IMG/VR virus record: IMGVR_UViG_3300048930_000991
Span: 1,414 to 65,413 of that record
Length of the DNA: 64,000 nucleotides
Reading direction: 5' to 3' (one strand)
Source of the DNA: a virus
Taxonomy: Duplodnaviria; Caudoviricetes
In this document: in pieces, positions 37,550 to 47,496 of the stretch
Numbering within the stretch: position 1 is the first letter of the stretch
Layout of the letters: each line of letters starts with the position of its first letter
The notes under the pieces: generated by a model
The model's input: the letters and a program-made list of their open reading frames with translations, nothing else
What the model was told of the DNA's origin: nothing
The model's database searches: none
Program-made: the position numbers and the translations under genes

Positions 37550-38104
37550 TCAGGCTGCCCGCTGCCGCGGCACGAGGCCGTAGACCACCGCCAGCACGCC
37601 GAGTCCGGCGACCAGCATGCCCTGCGCCTGAGCGTGGCCGACGCTGCGTCCACCCCAGCCCTGCCGCAGCGCCCATTCGCGCACGGAGCACTCCAACCCG
37701 ACAACGTGCCAGACGCAGGAGCCAGCTGCGCTCTCGAAGCCGCCCAGCGCCACCATGGCATGCGCGACCTGCTCGCGTGCTGCGACCTGGCGATCGGTGA
37801 GGGAATCGCCAGAACCGCCGGGAATGCGGATCAGTGGCATGGCACGCAGCTGATCCAGAGCGGCGACGCGGAACTGCCGGCGGAACACGGCGCCGGCGTC
37901 GTGCATCTCCTGCGTGATGGTGCCATTGGCGAGCATCTGGCCGAGGGTGTCGACCGTGCGACGGTGCACGACCGGCAGGCCAGTCTCGGGATCGGCCTCG
38001 CGCATCGGCTCCCCCACCGGCCCATGCTGCAGCCGCCACTTCGACGGCATTGCCAGATCCTCGCCCTTGGGCTTCGCGGCCCTGGTCCTGCGCTTACCGG
38101 CCAT
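37550..38104 (-). CDS. DUF6456-like protein (late regulator position)
   Basis: GTITQEMHDAG and C-terminal HTH-like VVGLECSVREWA...GW; last gene of the early operon. Confidence 0.7.
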   Translation of the reverse strand: MAGKRRTRAAKPKGEDLAMPSKWRLQHGPVGEPMREADPETGLPVVHRRTVDTLGQMLANGTITQEMHDAGAVFRRQFRVAALDQLRAMPLIRIPGGSGDSLTDRQVAAREQVAHAMVALGGFESAAGSCVWHVVGLECSVREWALRQGWGGRSVGHAQAQGMLVAGLGVLAVVYGLVPRQRAA

Positions 38105-38324
38105 CGTGGCTCTCCCCGTTGCGTCGGCCCCAGCGCCGGTTGGCCTCGTTGGTGATCGCCTGGCGCAGCCAGGGATCCAGGACATCGTCCACCGGAATGG
38201 CGGCGACGCCCTGCCGATGCCACGCGGCGGCGCGCATGGCATTGACCTCGGCGTCGGTGGCCGGGCTGCGCGTCCCGCGATCGAGGCATGAGCGAGGCAG
38301 CAGCGGTGCACCTGGCATCGTCAT
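38094..38324 (-). CDS. Small hypothetical phage protein
   Basis: 76 aa, coupled to both neighbours. Confidence 0.6.
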   Translation of the reverse strand: MTMPGAPLLPRSCLDRGTRSPATDAEVNAMRAAAWHRQGVAAIPVDDVLDPWLRQAITNEANRRWGRRNGESHDGR

Positions 38325-38866
38325 GCCCGGCCTCCCTGCGCATCCGTCGCCCAGAGCAGCAGAGCAAGCGCGTCCGCCTCATTGTCGTCCGCCGGGGCGA
38401 AGCCGCGGGCCTGCATGGCCGCAATCATTGCGCCCTTGTCGGCATTCCCGCGGCCCGTGGCGAAGCGCTTGATCGTCCCAACGGGAACGCCCTCGTAGGG
38501 CACCTCATGCTCTTCGCACCAGGCGGTCAGCGTGCCGAGGAAGCCGCCGTAGACGTGGGCCGCGTCGGTGCCAGCGTGGCGGCGCACTTCCTCGAAGACG
38601 AGGCGGCGAATGCCGTGGGCGCGCATGGCGATCTCGACCAGCCAGTCGGTGAAGCGGAGATAGCGCATGCCGCCTCCCTCGAAGCGGCCGGGGCGGAAGG
38701 TCTGGGTGCCCGAGAGGATCGTGCTGTCGCCCATGCGCAGTGCCCAGCCCACGGTCGTGCCGAGATCGATGGCGAGGACGGTGTTCCCGGTCTGCCGCAG
38801 CGGCGGATCGATGCCGGGCGGCAGGCTTGCATTGGCGGTGGGCGCGGCGAGAGTCGTGAAAGCCAT
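38321..38866 (-). CDS. RuvC-like Holliday junction resolvase
   Basis: VLAIDLG, FEEV and DDNEADALA catalytic acidic motifs. Confidence 0.85.
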   Translation of the reverse strand: MAFTTLAAPTANASLPPGIDPPLRQTGNTVLAIDLGTTVGWALRMGDSTILSGTQTFRPGRFEGGGMRYLRFTDWLVEIAMRAHGIRRLVFEEVRRHAGTDAAHVYGGFLGTLTAWCEEHEVPYEGVPVGTIKRFATGRGNADKGAMIAAMQARGFAPADDNEADALALLLWATDAQGGRA

Positions 38867-39064
38867 GATGGTCTCCGAGAGGGGATGATCGTGGTGAGGG
38901 CGGCGGCGGCGCGGTTCTTGGCGGAGCTCGCCGTCGCTGCCCGGCTGGGATGGATGGGATCGATCCAGGGGGGTGGATCGCGGCCCCGTGTCCTCCGGAC
39001 GAGGTGTGGTGTGCGCGCGCCGTTGAGGCGCGCACGCACACCCCCGTAGGGGGTGGATGAAGCA

Positions 39065-39234
39065 CCTAACTCCTCCCACTGCGCCAACCCTCTGAATTTG
39101 CTCGCAAAAACAGGAGTTAGGAGGAGTGAGGGAGGAGTTGGGGACCTAACTCCTCCGCGGCGCCAAGACATTGATTTCATGGCGAAGTTTTCCGGGAGGA
39201 GTGAGGAGTTAGGCCTAACTCCTCAGGAGTTAGG
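39065..39234. repeat. AGGAGTTAGG/CCTAACTCCT iteron-like repeats (candidate phage origin)
   Basis: About nine exact or one-mismatch copies in both orientations, including the perfect palindrome GAGGAGTTAGGCCTAACTCCTC at 39203-39224. Confidence 0.7.
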
Positions 39235-41504
39235 TCGTCCAAGACCCCGTCCGGGTAGACCCAGACCTCGGGGTTTTCGACGTCCAGCGCGTTGCCGGTC
39301 TGGGCGCATTTGAAGTGGCTGGGCAGCACCGACTGCGCCGTGTTGGTGATCTCGCCGGTGGTCGGATCGATGCTCTCGACGCCGCCCCCGAGGGTCATGC
39401 CCTCGACGCAGAGGTAGCCGAAGCGCGAGCGCACGGCGGGGAAGCCGAATGCGCTGCCGTCGCGGCGGAACTTCACGAATCCCTTGGTGGCGAGCACGCT
39501 CAAGCGTTCGCGGATGGTGTGCTTGCTGCCGAGGCCCGCCTTATTCTCGAATGCCTCGGCGAACTGCATCATCGGGTACAGGCGCCCCTCGCTGGCCTCG
39601 TCCAGCAGGATCCCGAGGATGACGTCGTGTTTGCGCAGACGCTCCGCATCGAGCTTGCGGCCGATCTCCTTGCGCACGAGCCGCTCGTCGCGGCGGTTGA
39701 GCTCGACCCAACGCCCGGCGGCCTTGTCGATCAGCAGTGGTGAGAGCGCAGGCCCATTGCGCAGTTCGAGATGCAGCTCGCGCGGCGTCTGTTCCTCGTC
39801 CGGCCGGAACAGGATCATCCCCGAGGTGTAGAAGCCGCGCAGCGCGCTGGCGCCGGAGAGCGACAGGAAGGGATCGTCCTTCACTTGCTGCTTGCTGAGC
39901 TTCTTGGTGTGGTGGGCGAGGATGATGCCCGCCTCGGGGGCGACCTGGTCGCGCAGGGCCTCCACCCGGCTCTGCAGGAAGAACATCATCGCCGCGTTGT
40001 CGTTCTCTCCTTCGCCTGCGGGCCCGCCATCGAAGAGGTTGCGGATCGGGTCGATGCAGATCACGTCCGGCGGTGCGTCGGGGAAGGCCTGGCGGATGGC
40101 CGCGGCGACGAGGGGCACACCCTGTTCGTCGAGCAGCATGCGCAGCTTCGAGGTGACGACGAGGGTGTCGCGCGCGCGGGCGACGATCGTGGGATCGAGT
40201 CGGAGCTGCTGCAGGCGTTCGCGCAGGTAGTGGTACTGGATCTCGGCCTGCAGATAGAACACGCGCAGCGGCCGCGGCGCGGTGAAGCGCAGGAAGGGCG
40301 CGCCGGCGGCGGCGTGCACCAGCAGGCTGATCAGGAAGTCGGATTTGCCGACCTTCGGCGCGCCGCCAAGGACCAGCATGCCGCCCGGCGTGAGCACGCG
40401 CGGCCCGATCAGGTCGTCGGGCATCGGCGAGGTGTCGTCGAGCAACGCGCCGAGGGTGTGGGCCGGGACTGAAGTGGGCGATGCGCCGTCGGCGCGCAGT
40501 AGCGGCGGCCCGTTGCGATCGACGTGCAGCGCCCAGAGCGCGTCGGCCTCGACCTTCAGCCGATCGAGCGGCCAGGCCGGGCGGAGGCAGGCGGCGTTGT
40601 AGCCGCAGATGGCCTCCCAGCCCTGGTCGGGGGTCAGCCGCCCTTCATGCACCTGGCGGATGAAGTGCCCGATTGCCGCACTCGCCCCCTGGAAGCGCGT
40701 CCAGCCATCCTGCGCACCCTCGCGCACGGGGGTGGTGAGCATAGCATTGAGCCCCGGCCGATCGCCCTGGGTGGCGGCCTGGGCGCGCTCCTGCCCGGGC
40801 AGATAGGGCATGACGGCGACCGTCTCGGCGAACTCGGCGAGGTCCACCTCGCACTGCGGATGATGCTGGCGGATGGCGACGACGCGCTCCACACCGCCCT
40901 TGCGATACACGGTGCCGGGCACGCGGATCGGCTGGTGCGCGGAGCGGAAGTGCGAATCGCCGCCGACCTTGTCGGCCATCTCGCCGCGAAGGGCGCAGAG
41001 CCGGACGAGATGCTGCCCCTCCGCCGGCTCGGTCAGCCGCCACCAGGCGTGCAGCTTGGCGGCACCCTCGGCCGTGCGACCTCCGCTCTCCACCAGCAAG
41101 GTGGGTGCGCCGACATGCTGGATAAGATGTGCGAGCTTCGCCTCGACGTCGCCGGTATCGAGATCCACCACGACAGCCTGCATCTGCCGGACATGCTCGG
41201 CGCGGGCCTGGCCGTGCTCGGCCACCGTGCCGGGGATGACATAGACTGCCGTGCCCTCGCGCGCCGCCCAGGCAGCGTAGGTGCCGAGGGACTCCGCCGC
41301 GTGCCGGTCAGCGGGGATCCAGATGTTGTGCGGGCGGGTGTCGAGCCCCTGGCCCTGGTCGACGAAGCCGCGGACCGGGATCAGCCCATCGCAATAGCCG
41401 AACACGACCTCGAGGAAGGTTGCGATGGCGCCGTGATTGATCGCCGGGCCGTCTTCCTCCCAGGGCAGGATGGGCGCGTCGTTGAAATCGCCCCACGGAT
41501 TCAT
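39177..41504 (-). CDS. Primase (RepB-like) - AAA_25 helicase fusion
   Basis: VDLD, KLHAWW and IRVPGT primase motifs; GAPKVGKS Walker A, CIDP, AHHTKK, SGASAL. Confidence 0.88.
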   Translation of the reverse strand: MNPWGDFNDAPILPWEEDGPAINHGAIATFLEVVFGYCDGLIPVRGFVDQGQGLDTRPHNIWIPADRHAAESLGTYAAWAAREGTAVYVIPGTVAEHGQARAEHVRQMQAVVVDLDTGDVEAKLAHLIQHVGAPTLLVESGGRTAEGAAKLHAWWRLTEPAEGQHLVRLCALRGEMADKVGGDSHFRSAHQPIRVPGTVYRKGGVERVVAIRQHHPQCEVDLAEFAETVAVMPYLPGQERAQAATQGDRPGLNAMLTTPVREGAQDGWTRFQGASAAIGHFIRQVHEGRLTPDQGWEAICGYNAACLRPAWPLDRLKVEADALWALHVDRNGPPLLRADGASPTSVPAHTLGALLDDTSPMPDDLIGPRVLTPGGMLVLGGAPKVGKSDFLISLLVHAAAGAPFLRFTAPRPLRVFYLQAEIQYHYLRERLQQLRLDPTIVARARDTLVVTSKLRMLLDEQGVPLVAAAIRQAFPDAPPDVICIDPIRNLFDGGPAGEGENDNAAMMFFLQSRVEALRDQVAPEAGIILAHHTKKLSKQQVKDDPFLSLSGASALRGFYTSGMILFRPDEEQTPRELHLELRNGPALSPLLIDKAAGRWVELNRRDERLVRKEIGRKLDAERLRKHDVILGILLDEASEGRLYPMMQFAEAFENKAGLGSKHTIRERLSVLATKGFVKFRRDGSAFGFPAVRSRFGYLCVEGMTLGGGVESIDPTTGEITNTAQSVLPSHFKCAQTGNALDVENPEVWVYPDGVLDDLTPEELGLTPHSSRKTSP

Positions 41505-42268
41505 GCCGGCAGGCTCCAGCAGCGCTTGGCCCAGGGGCAGAAGCGGCACTCATGGAAATCCGGGCTGGTCGCAATCCGCGGGAGGAGGTCGCCGCCATCG
41601 CAGGCCCTCAGCACGCGCACCGCGCGGTCCGACATGCGCTGGGCCAGGTCGGCGTTGAACGGCACCAACTCGTGGTGCAACTCCGCCGTGTCCTTGTTGA
41701 TGGCAGTGAACAGCGCCGGATTTTCCGCCACGCCCGGGACGCTGGCATCCATGTAGGCCTGATAGATCGCGATCTGTGCCGCATAGATCGGCTTGGCCGC
41801 GGCGACGCCCTTGCTCGACGTCTCGCGCCAGGCTTTGGCGTTCATGGTTTTGCATTCCCACAGCGCGGGGAACGCGATGCCGGGGATCTCGGGCCCGCTG
41901 GCGAGGATGCCGTCGACATGGCCGCGAAGGCGCCCGCCAGCCACGGCGAAGCCGAACTGCTCGCCATCGGGGCGGTTGCCCTTGCGGGTGTAGAGATCGA
42001 AGCCGGCGGCGCGCAGCCAGTCGACGGCGACATCCTCCAGCGCGTGGCCGATCCCGAAGATGCGCAGGATCCGTCCGTCGAAACCCGCACCTTCATCCTT
42101 TGGGGCCTGCAAGAACTCGAACTGCAGGGCGCGCTCGCAGACGTGCCCGAGCCGTGACCCGCCGAGATAAGTGCGTGGCGGGGTGGCGCCATTCCTCGCT
42201 ACCAGCGCCGCGTCGATCGCGGCATTGACGTGTAGGGCGGTCTGCCCGCGGCTGTTGAAGTCGAGCAT
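41501..42268 (-). CDS. Cas4-like PD-(D/E)XK exonuclease
   Basis: GHVDGIL, WECKT, QIAIY; Cys at the N-terminus plus CRFCPWAKRC. Confidence 0.85.
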   Translation of the reverse strand: MLDFNSRGQTALHVNAAIDAALVARNGATPPRTYLGGSRLGHVCERALQFEFLQAPKDEGAGFDGRILRIFGIGHALEDVAVDWLRAAGFDLYTRKGNRPDGEQFGFAVAGGRLRGHVDGILASGPEIPGIAFPALWECKTMNAKAWRETSSKGVAAAKPIYAAQIAIYQAYMDASVPGVAENPALFTAINKDTAELHHELVPFNADLAQRMSDRAVRVLRACDGGDLLPRIATSPDFHECRFCPWAKRCWSLPA

Positions 42269-42636
42269 CAGAGGGGCAGCTCCTCGATGGTCTGGCCGCG
42301 GGCAATCGCCTGCATGGCCTCCTGGAAGGCGCCGACCGCAACCTCGATCAGCGTCAGCACCTGCGGCCCGGTGAGGTCCTGGAGCCGCGTGCCCCAGCCG
42401 ATCTCAGCCATGATTTCGCCCAGGGGGCGCAGCGCGGCCCGCATGGCGGCCTGCTCCTGCTCGGTGAGGTCAACCACGGCGAGCGACCTCCCCGCCAAGC
42501 GCGACCAGAAAGTCTGGCAGGCGATGCAGCAGAAACAGGCCGAGGGCCGCGGCTTGCTCCGCGGCGCCGGATCGAACCAGCCAAAGCCACGCGACGGCCG
42601 CGCGCAGACGGCGCAGGGGAATTCGGCGTGCATCAC
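42268..42636 (-). CDS. Zn-finger phage protein (DUF6511-like)
   Basis: CAVC...FCCIAC. Confidence 0.65.
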   Translation of the reverse strand: MMHAEFPCAVCARPSRGFGWFDPAPRSKPRPSACFCCIACQTFWSRLAGRSLAVVDLTEQEQAAMRAALRPLGEIMAEIGWGTRLQDLTGPQVLTLIEVAVGAFQEAMQAIARGQTIEELPL

Positions 42637-42639
42637 GCG

Positions 42640-44316
42640 TCATGCCGCCACCGGCAGGTTGTTGGGCTGCGCGCTCATCACCAGCCGGCGGATGGCCTGG
42701 CGGTTGAACTTGAAGCTCAGCAGCGCCGAGGCCTGGTACCGGGTCATGCCGAGATCGGCCCGTGCCGCCGGCGGCAGATGGATCAGCTGGCGCTCGGTCG
42801 GCGGCTCGCGCAGCCAGCGCCGGCTCTTGTGGGCGCTCTCGTCCGTTTCATAGGTGTTCAACCAGTCATCCGCCGCGGCCAGCGCCACCAGCCTCTCGCC
42901 GATGGACAACAGGCGCGGCAGCTCCTCCTTGGCGCCGCCGACCGCGTGCCAGGCTCCGTTCAGGAAGAAGATACCGGCCCAGCCGTTGAACCCGTTGGCC
43001 AGCAGCGCGGCGTCATCGCCGAACAGGTCGCACCACTGGAAGGCGGAGCGGCGGAGGAGATCGATCTCCGTCATGATGAAGTCGGTGAGCGGCGCCGTCT
43101 CGCGCCCGCGGGGCTCGAAGGCGTGGCCGCAGATCGGGCACTCCATCACAGCGATCGGCACCTCCGCCTCGCAGGAGGGGCAGGTTTTGGTGGGCGGCTC
43201 GCCCTCGCCGGGTTGGCTGTCGAGATCGACATCCTGCTCCAGGCAGCCGTGGATCTGCGAGGAGGTGCCGAAGTCGAGCACGATGCAGTCGCGCTTGACG
43301 ATGCCGGGATGCTCGGTGGGATCCACGGTTCGCAGCCCGCGGCCCACCATCTGGATCATCGTGCACTTGAACGAGCTGGGCCGCAGCAGCACGACGCAGG
43401 AGGTGGGCGGGTGGTCCCAGCCCTCGGTGAGGACGGCGACGTTGACCACGATGCGCGCCTCGCCCCGGGCATAGGCGGCCAGGACGGAACGGCGCTCCCC
43501 CTCCGGCATGTCGCCGGTCACCACGACAGTGGGAACGCCAGCCGCGTTGAAGGCGGCGGCGACGTGTTCGGCATGGGCGACCGTGGAGCAGAAAGCCACG
43601 GTCTGGCGGTCGCCGGCCTTCTCCTGCCAGTGATGCACCACCGCGTCGGTGACCGGCACCGTGTCCATGACGCGGGCGACTTCGCCCATGTTGAAGTCGT
43701 CGCCGCTGCGCCGCACCGCGCGGAGCTCGTCCTGGACGCCGACATCGATGATGAAGGTGCGCGGCGGCACCAGGTGGCCGGAGGCGATCAGCTCCCCGAG
43801 CCGTATCTGGTCGGCGACGTTGGAAAAGACCTGCCGCAGCCCGACCTTGTCGCCGCGGTTCGGTGTGGCGGTGACGCCGTAGATGCGGCAGCCGGGATTG
43901 CGCTGCAGCGCCCGATCGATGATGCGGCGATAGCTGTCGGCGACGGCGTGATGCGCCTCGTCGATCACCAGCAGGTCCAGCGCCGGCATCGCCTCGAGGT
44001 TCGCCTGGCGCGTCAGCGTCGGCACCATGGCGAAGGTGACCTGGCCGGCCCAGGACTTCTGGCCGGCATCCACCACCGAGGTGGAGACGCCCGGGTTCAC
44101 GCGGCGGAACTTCGCCAGGTTCTGCGCCGTCAGCTCATCCCGATGCGCGAGGACCGCGGCCTTGGCGGCGCTGCCATCGATGTGCTCGCCCACCGCCGCC
44201 GACAGCATGATCGTCTTGCCGGCGCCGGTCGGGGCGACGCCGAGCGTGTTGCCGTGGGTGTCGAGCGCACGGAGGCTGCGCTCGACGAACTGCTTCTGGC
44301 GGGGGCGGAGCATCAT
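42640..44316 (-). CDS. SF2 DEAD/DEAH helicase
   Basis: APTGAGKT, DEAHH, TATP, QMVGRGLR, CPSC/CPIC zinc ribbon. Confidence 0.93.
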   Translation of the reverse strand: MMLRPRQKQFVERSLRALDTHGNTLGVAPTGAGKTIMLSAAVGEHIDGSAAKAAVLAHRDELTAQNLAKFRRVNPGVSTSVVDAGQKSWAGQVTFAMVPTLTRQANLEAMPALDLLVIDEAHHAVADSYRRIIDRALQRNPGCRIYGVTATPNRGDKVGLRQVFSNVADQIRLGELIASGHLVPPRTFIIDVGVQDELRAVRRSGDDFNMGEVARVMDTVPVTDAVVHHWQEKAGDRQTVAFCSTVAHAEHVAAAFNAAGVPTVVVTGDMPEGERRSVLAAYARGEARIVVNVAVLTEGWDHPPTSCVVLLRPSSFKCTMIQMVGRGLRTVDPTEHPGIVKRDCIVLDFGTSSQIHGCLEQDVDLDSQPGEGEPPTKTCPSCEAEVPIAVMECPICGHAFEPRGRETAPLTDFIMTEIDLLRRSAFQWCDLFGDDAALLANGFNGWAGIFFLNGAWHAVGGAKEELPRLLSIGERLVALAAADDWLNTYETDESAHKSRRWLREPPTERQLIHLPPAARADLGMTRYQASALLSFKFNRQAIRRLVMSAQPNNLPVAA

Positions 44317-44333
44317 GCTGGTGCGGCCCTCCC

Positions 44334-44981
44334 TCAGCGCGCCCAGGCCGGGCGCGGATCGGCGGAGGCGGCCGGCTGCTGCGGGGGCGCAGGGAAGGCC
44401 CCCTGGTGCATGGCGGGGGGCGCGCTGGGCGGCTGGGGCGCCGCGAAGCCCTGCGGCGGTCCGGCGTAGGCCGCCGGCGCGGCGTGTTGCCCCATCGCCT
44501 GGGCATAGCCCCGGTGATCCGGCGTCACCGCCCCGCGGATTTCGTTCTTGGCCTCGCCGTTGGTGTCGGTGCCGAGATCAACGCGGGCGATGAATTCCAG
44601 CCCATCGAGATCCGCGAAGCCACCAATGCGCCGCGCCGCCTGCGCCTGGGGCGAGACATCCTTGTCGGCGATGCCGCGCGCGGAGTTCAGCATGCTGCGC
44701 ACGAAGCTGCGGCCCATGTTGCCCCAGTCCGGGCCCTTCGGGCTGTAGAGGCCGATCAGCGTGAAGATCTTGCGCTTGGCGTAGGGCCCCTCCAGCACGG
44801 TGAACTCGCCATTGAGATAGACGGCGCCGGTGCTGCCGCGGGTGGCGAAGCCGCCGGTCCAGCCCTGGCTCGGATCATCGAAACCGCCAGGGCGGATGTT
44901 GAGGCGGACCTTCGCCAGCGTCCCCTTGGGGATCAGGTTCGGGTTCGACTGGGCGTCGTTGTAGTCGTTCCAGGAAGCCAT
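44334..44981 (-). CDS. Phage single-stranded DNA-binding protein (DUF669-like)
   Basis: LIPKG...EFTVLEGPYAKRKIF; Pro/Ala tail ending PAWAR; follows the Sak4-like gene. Confidence 0.7.
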   Translation of the reverse strand: MASWNDYNDAQSNPNLIPKGTLAKVRLNIRPGGFDDPSQGWTGGFATRGSTGAVYLNGEFTVLEGPYAKRKIFTLIGLYSPKGPDWGNMGRSFVRSMLNSARGIADKDVSPQAQAARRIGGFADLDGLEFIARVDLGTDTNGEAKNEIRGAVTPDHRGYAQAMGQHAAPAAYAGPPQGFAAPQPPSAPPAMHQGAFPAPPQQPAASADPRPAWAR

Positions 44982-44998
44982 GCAGCGATCTCCTCGGA

Positions 44999-45871
44999 TC
45001 AGGCGGTCGGGGTGTTGGCAGGCGCGGGCAGCGCGGGCGTCGGCGCCGGCAGTGCCAGGCGCTCAGCGATCGGGCGAGCGGGGCCGCGGATCTTCGCGAA
45101 GAGCCGGCCAAGATGCGGCTCCTCGACCATGTCGAGCCGGCCGCTGCGGTCCTTTGCGGGGTATCCCCAAGGATTGAGCGTCTGGCACACGAGTGCGCGG
45201 CGGAGCTGGCCGTCCTCGCCCTTGATGGCGGCGAGCGTCAGCACCTCGTCGACGATGCCGGGCAGTTCGAGACCGGTCTTGCTGCCGTCGATCTGCGGCA
45301 CGAAGAGCTTACGATTGAAGTCGTCGACCTTCTCGTCGAGGATGCCCACGAAGATCACGTTCTTGCCGCGGGTGTGCTGGAGCTGCGTGAGCCACGCGAT
45401 CATCTCGCGGCCATGCAGCCCATAGGCGCCGCGCAGATCGGGCTTGCCGGTGCGTTCGGCGAAGGCCTCGGGCTGGCCGCGGCACCATTGCAGGCAGAGA
45501 CGGCCGGCCACGGTGATGCTGTCGATGAACAGCGTCTCGTAGCGATCGAGCGATGCGGGATCGCCGAACTTCGCGCAGACGCTGGTGTAGTGCGCCTGCG
45601 AGTATGGCTGCTCGTCGCGCAGCGCCGGGTTCGGCCCGCCGAAGAAGGCCGCGAGGTCGCGGCATTCCTCCCAGGTGCGCGGGCGCACCGTGTCGCCCGG
45701 CCATCCCTCGACGGCGAGGTCACCGGCCTCGAGGTCCCAGAAGAGCGTCGTCGTCGCCAGCAGCGTCCACAGCAGGCTGGTCTTGCCTTCGCCGCTGCGG
45801 CCGAAGATCGCCACCTTGATCATTCGCTCGATGGCGAGCCGCTCATCGGCGGTGATGATGCGCAGCGCCAT
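44999..45871 (-). CDS. Sak4-like AAA_24 ATPase (single-strand annealing)
   Basis: GRSGEGKT, FIDSIT, AKDRSG. Confidence 0.85.
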   Translation of the reverse strand: MALRIITADERLAIERMIKVAIFGRSGEGKTSLLWTLLATTTLFWDLEAGDLAVEGWPGDTVRPRTWEECRDLAAFFGGPNPALRDEQPYSQAHYTSVCAKFGDPASLDRYETLFIDSITVAGRLCLQWCRGQPEAFAERTGKPDLRGAYGLHGREMIAWLTQLQHTRGKNVIFVGILDEKVDDFNRKLFVPQIDGSKTGLELPGIVDEVLTLAAIKGEDGQLRRALVCQTLNPWGYPAKDRSGRLDMVEEPHLGRLFAKIRGPARPIAERLALPAPTPALPAPANTPTA

Positions 45872-46410
45872 CAGGAGATCCCTCCGGTGAAGGGGATGGC
45901 GACGCCACCGTCGCGCAGCTCACGCTCGGTGCAGATCGTCAGCCGGTAGCTCGGCTTGCCCGTGCGCACCGTGCGCGCCGGCTCGAAGGCGCTGCGGATG
46001 CGCTCGGGCCAGGCGGCATAGGCGCGCTCGGCCACCTTGAAGCTGACCTCGACATACTCGCCGGGATCCTCGCCGCCCGCGCGGATCTGCTCTGCGAGCG
46101 CGGCAAGCCGGCGCTGATCCCATTCGACCTTCTTCGGCAGATCAGCGGTGACCTCGACGGTCCCGTCCTGGAAGCGGACGGTGCCGGTGTCCTTGCCGGC
46201 CGCCGCACGGGCGCCGATGGCGCGCTGCTCGTAGCGCATGGCGATGGCGCCCTCGATCCAGTCAAGCGCGCGCTTGGCGATATCGAGGCGGGAGCGCGCC
46301 TCCTCCTGCAGCAGGGCGAGATGCTCGGCCGGCAGATCGATCACCTGCCCGATCGGCAGCAGGCGCATGTCGTCGATCGTCGGGTGGTTGCGGCGGGCGG
46401 CCTCCATCAC
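45871..46410 (-). CDS. Conserved hypothetical phage protein (Gam/Gp157-like position)
   Basis: PKKVEWDQ motif; coupled to the Sak4-like gene. Confidence 0.65.
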   Translation of the reverse strand: MMEAARRNHPTIDDMRLLPIGQVIDLPAEHLALLQEEARSRLDIAKRALDWIEGAIAMRYEQRAIGARAAAGKDTGTVRFQDGTVEVTADLPKKVEWDQRRLAALAEQIRAGGEDPGEYVEVSFKVAERAYAAWPERIRSAFEPARTVRTGKPSYRLTICTERELRDGGVAIPFTGGIS

Positions 46411-46859
46411 GCCGCCTCCCGGCCGAACAGCTCGGCCAGCACGTAGCCGGCGGCGCTGCGGGCGCTCAGGGGCCGTGGCCGGACGACCAGCAGGTAGGCG
46501 CAGCGCCCTTCGGCGACGCGGCGCTGCACGAGATGACCGAGGCCGGCTTCCGCCATCGCCCAGACGCGCCGCGCGACGGCTTCGAGATCATCGCGGCGCT
46601 CGGCCGACAATTCGGACGCGGCCTTGTCACGATCACGAGCGAGCAGGCCGATGTGGTAGACGATGGCATCGCCGGGCGACGCATCGGCAAAGCGATCGCA
46701 CAGGCCGTTCTCCGTCATCACGACATCGAGCAGATCCTCGATGCTCGACATGAGTGCGGTCGACAGCAGTTCAGGGGATGTGAAGCGCATCGTGTGGGGC
46801 TCCCTTCGACGCGTGGTGCTCACTTTGTTATTTACGGATCTGCGTGAAATCCTTCTCAC
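46407..46859 (-). CDS. Hypothetical phage protein
   Basis: PGDAIVYHIGLLARDR...HLVQRR; start uncertain. Confidence 0.6.
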   Translation of the reverse strand: MRRISRRSVNNKVSTTRRREPHTMRFTSPELLSTALMSSIEDLLDVVMTENGLCDRFADASPGDAIVYHIGLLARDRDKAASELSAERRDDLEAVARRVWAMAEAGLGHLVQRRVAEGRCAYLLVVRPRPLSARSAAGYVLAELFGREAA

Positions 46860-47440
46860 GGCCGCGACGGCATCGGCGTCGCCGCGCGTGCGGATGCCGC
46901 AGGCTCGGGGCGCACACCGAGCGTGCGCAGCCAGCAGCGCAGGTCGTGCAGCTCGCGATAGAAGGTGGCGGGGGAGACAGCGCCGGCGTCGCGCGCGGCC
47001 ACGACATCACGGTGCAGGATGATCCGCCCCAGCAGCGCTCGCGGTGCCGGCGGCAGATCCTCGCCGACGCGCCCGAATGCGATGCCGATGTCGGGATCTG
47101 CCTGCGGCACCACGAGGGAACTGCGGATGTCAGCAGCGAACTCGCCATCGAGGGACACGCACGCCGGCGGCGATGGCTGCCGCGCGCGATCGATGACGGC
47201 ACGCCGCGCGAGCACGGCGACGAAGGTGGTCCAGGACGCCCGCGTAACGTCGAAGCGCTGGCCCGCTTCAAGGATGACCAGCAGGATGTCCTGGGTCAGG
47301 TCCTCTCGGTCCTCCCGGGCCAGGCGACGCTGCCGGGCGAAACGCGCGGCGTGGCAGCGGGCCGCCGCCAGAGCCACACGGACCTGACGTTCATCCCATT
47401 TTTCAGGAAGATGCGCCTGCGATTTCTGTTTCTCTCTCAT
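46856..47440 (-). CDS. Sigma-70/ECF-like protein
   Basis: EDREDLTQDILL...RFD...SWTTF region-2-like motif and C-terminal HTH VSPATFYRELHDLR. Confidence 0.65.
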   Translation of the reverse strand: MREKQKSQAHLPEKWDERQVRVALAAARCHAARFARQRRLAREDREDLTQDILLVILEAGQRFDVTRASWTTFVAVLARRAVIDRARQPSPPACVSLDGEFAADIRSSLVVPQADPDIGIAFGRVGEDLPPAPRALLGRIILHRDVVAARDAGAVSPATFYRELHDLRCWLRTLGVRPEPAASARAATPMPSRP

Positions 47441-47496
47441 CCCACGGCCCTTCCGGCTCGGTTGATTGCGATGAGCCGAGATCAGCGGCGCGGTCG

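Noticed and set aside
39065-39234. Repeat cluster near a Cas4-like gene as a possible CRISPR array
   Set aside because: Repeats are 10 bp, in both orientations and irregularly spaced; no cas1/cas2; the Cas4-like nuclease sits in a standard phage replication module
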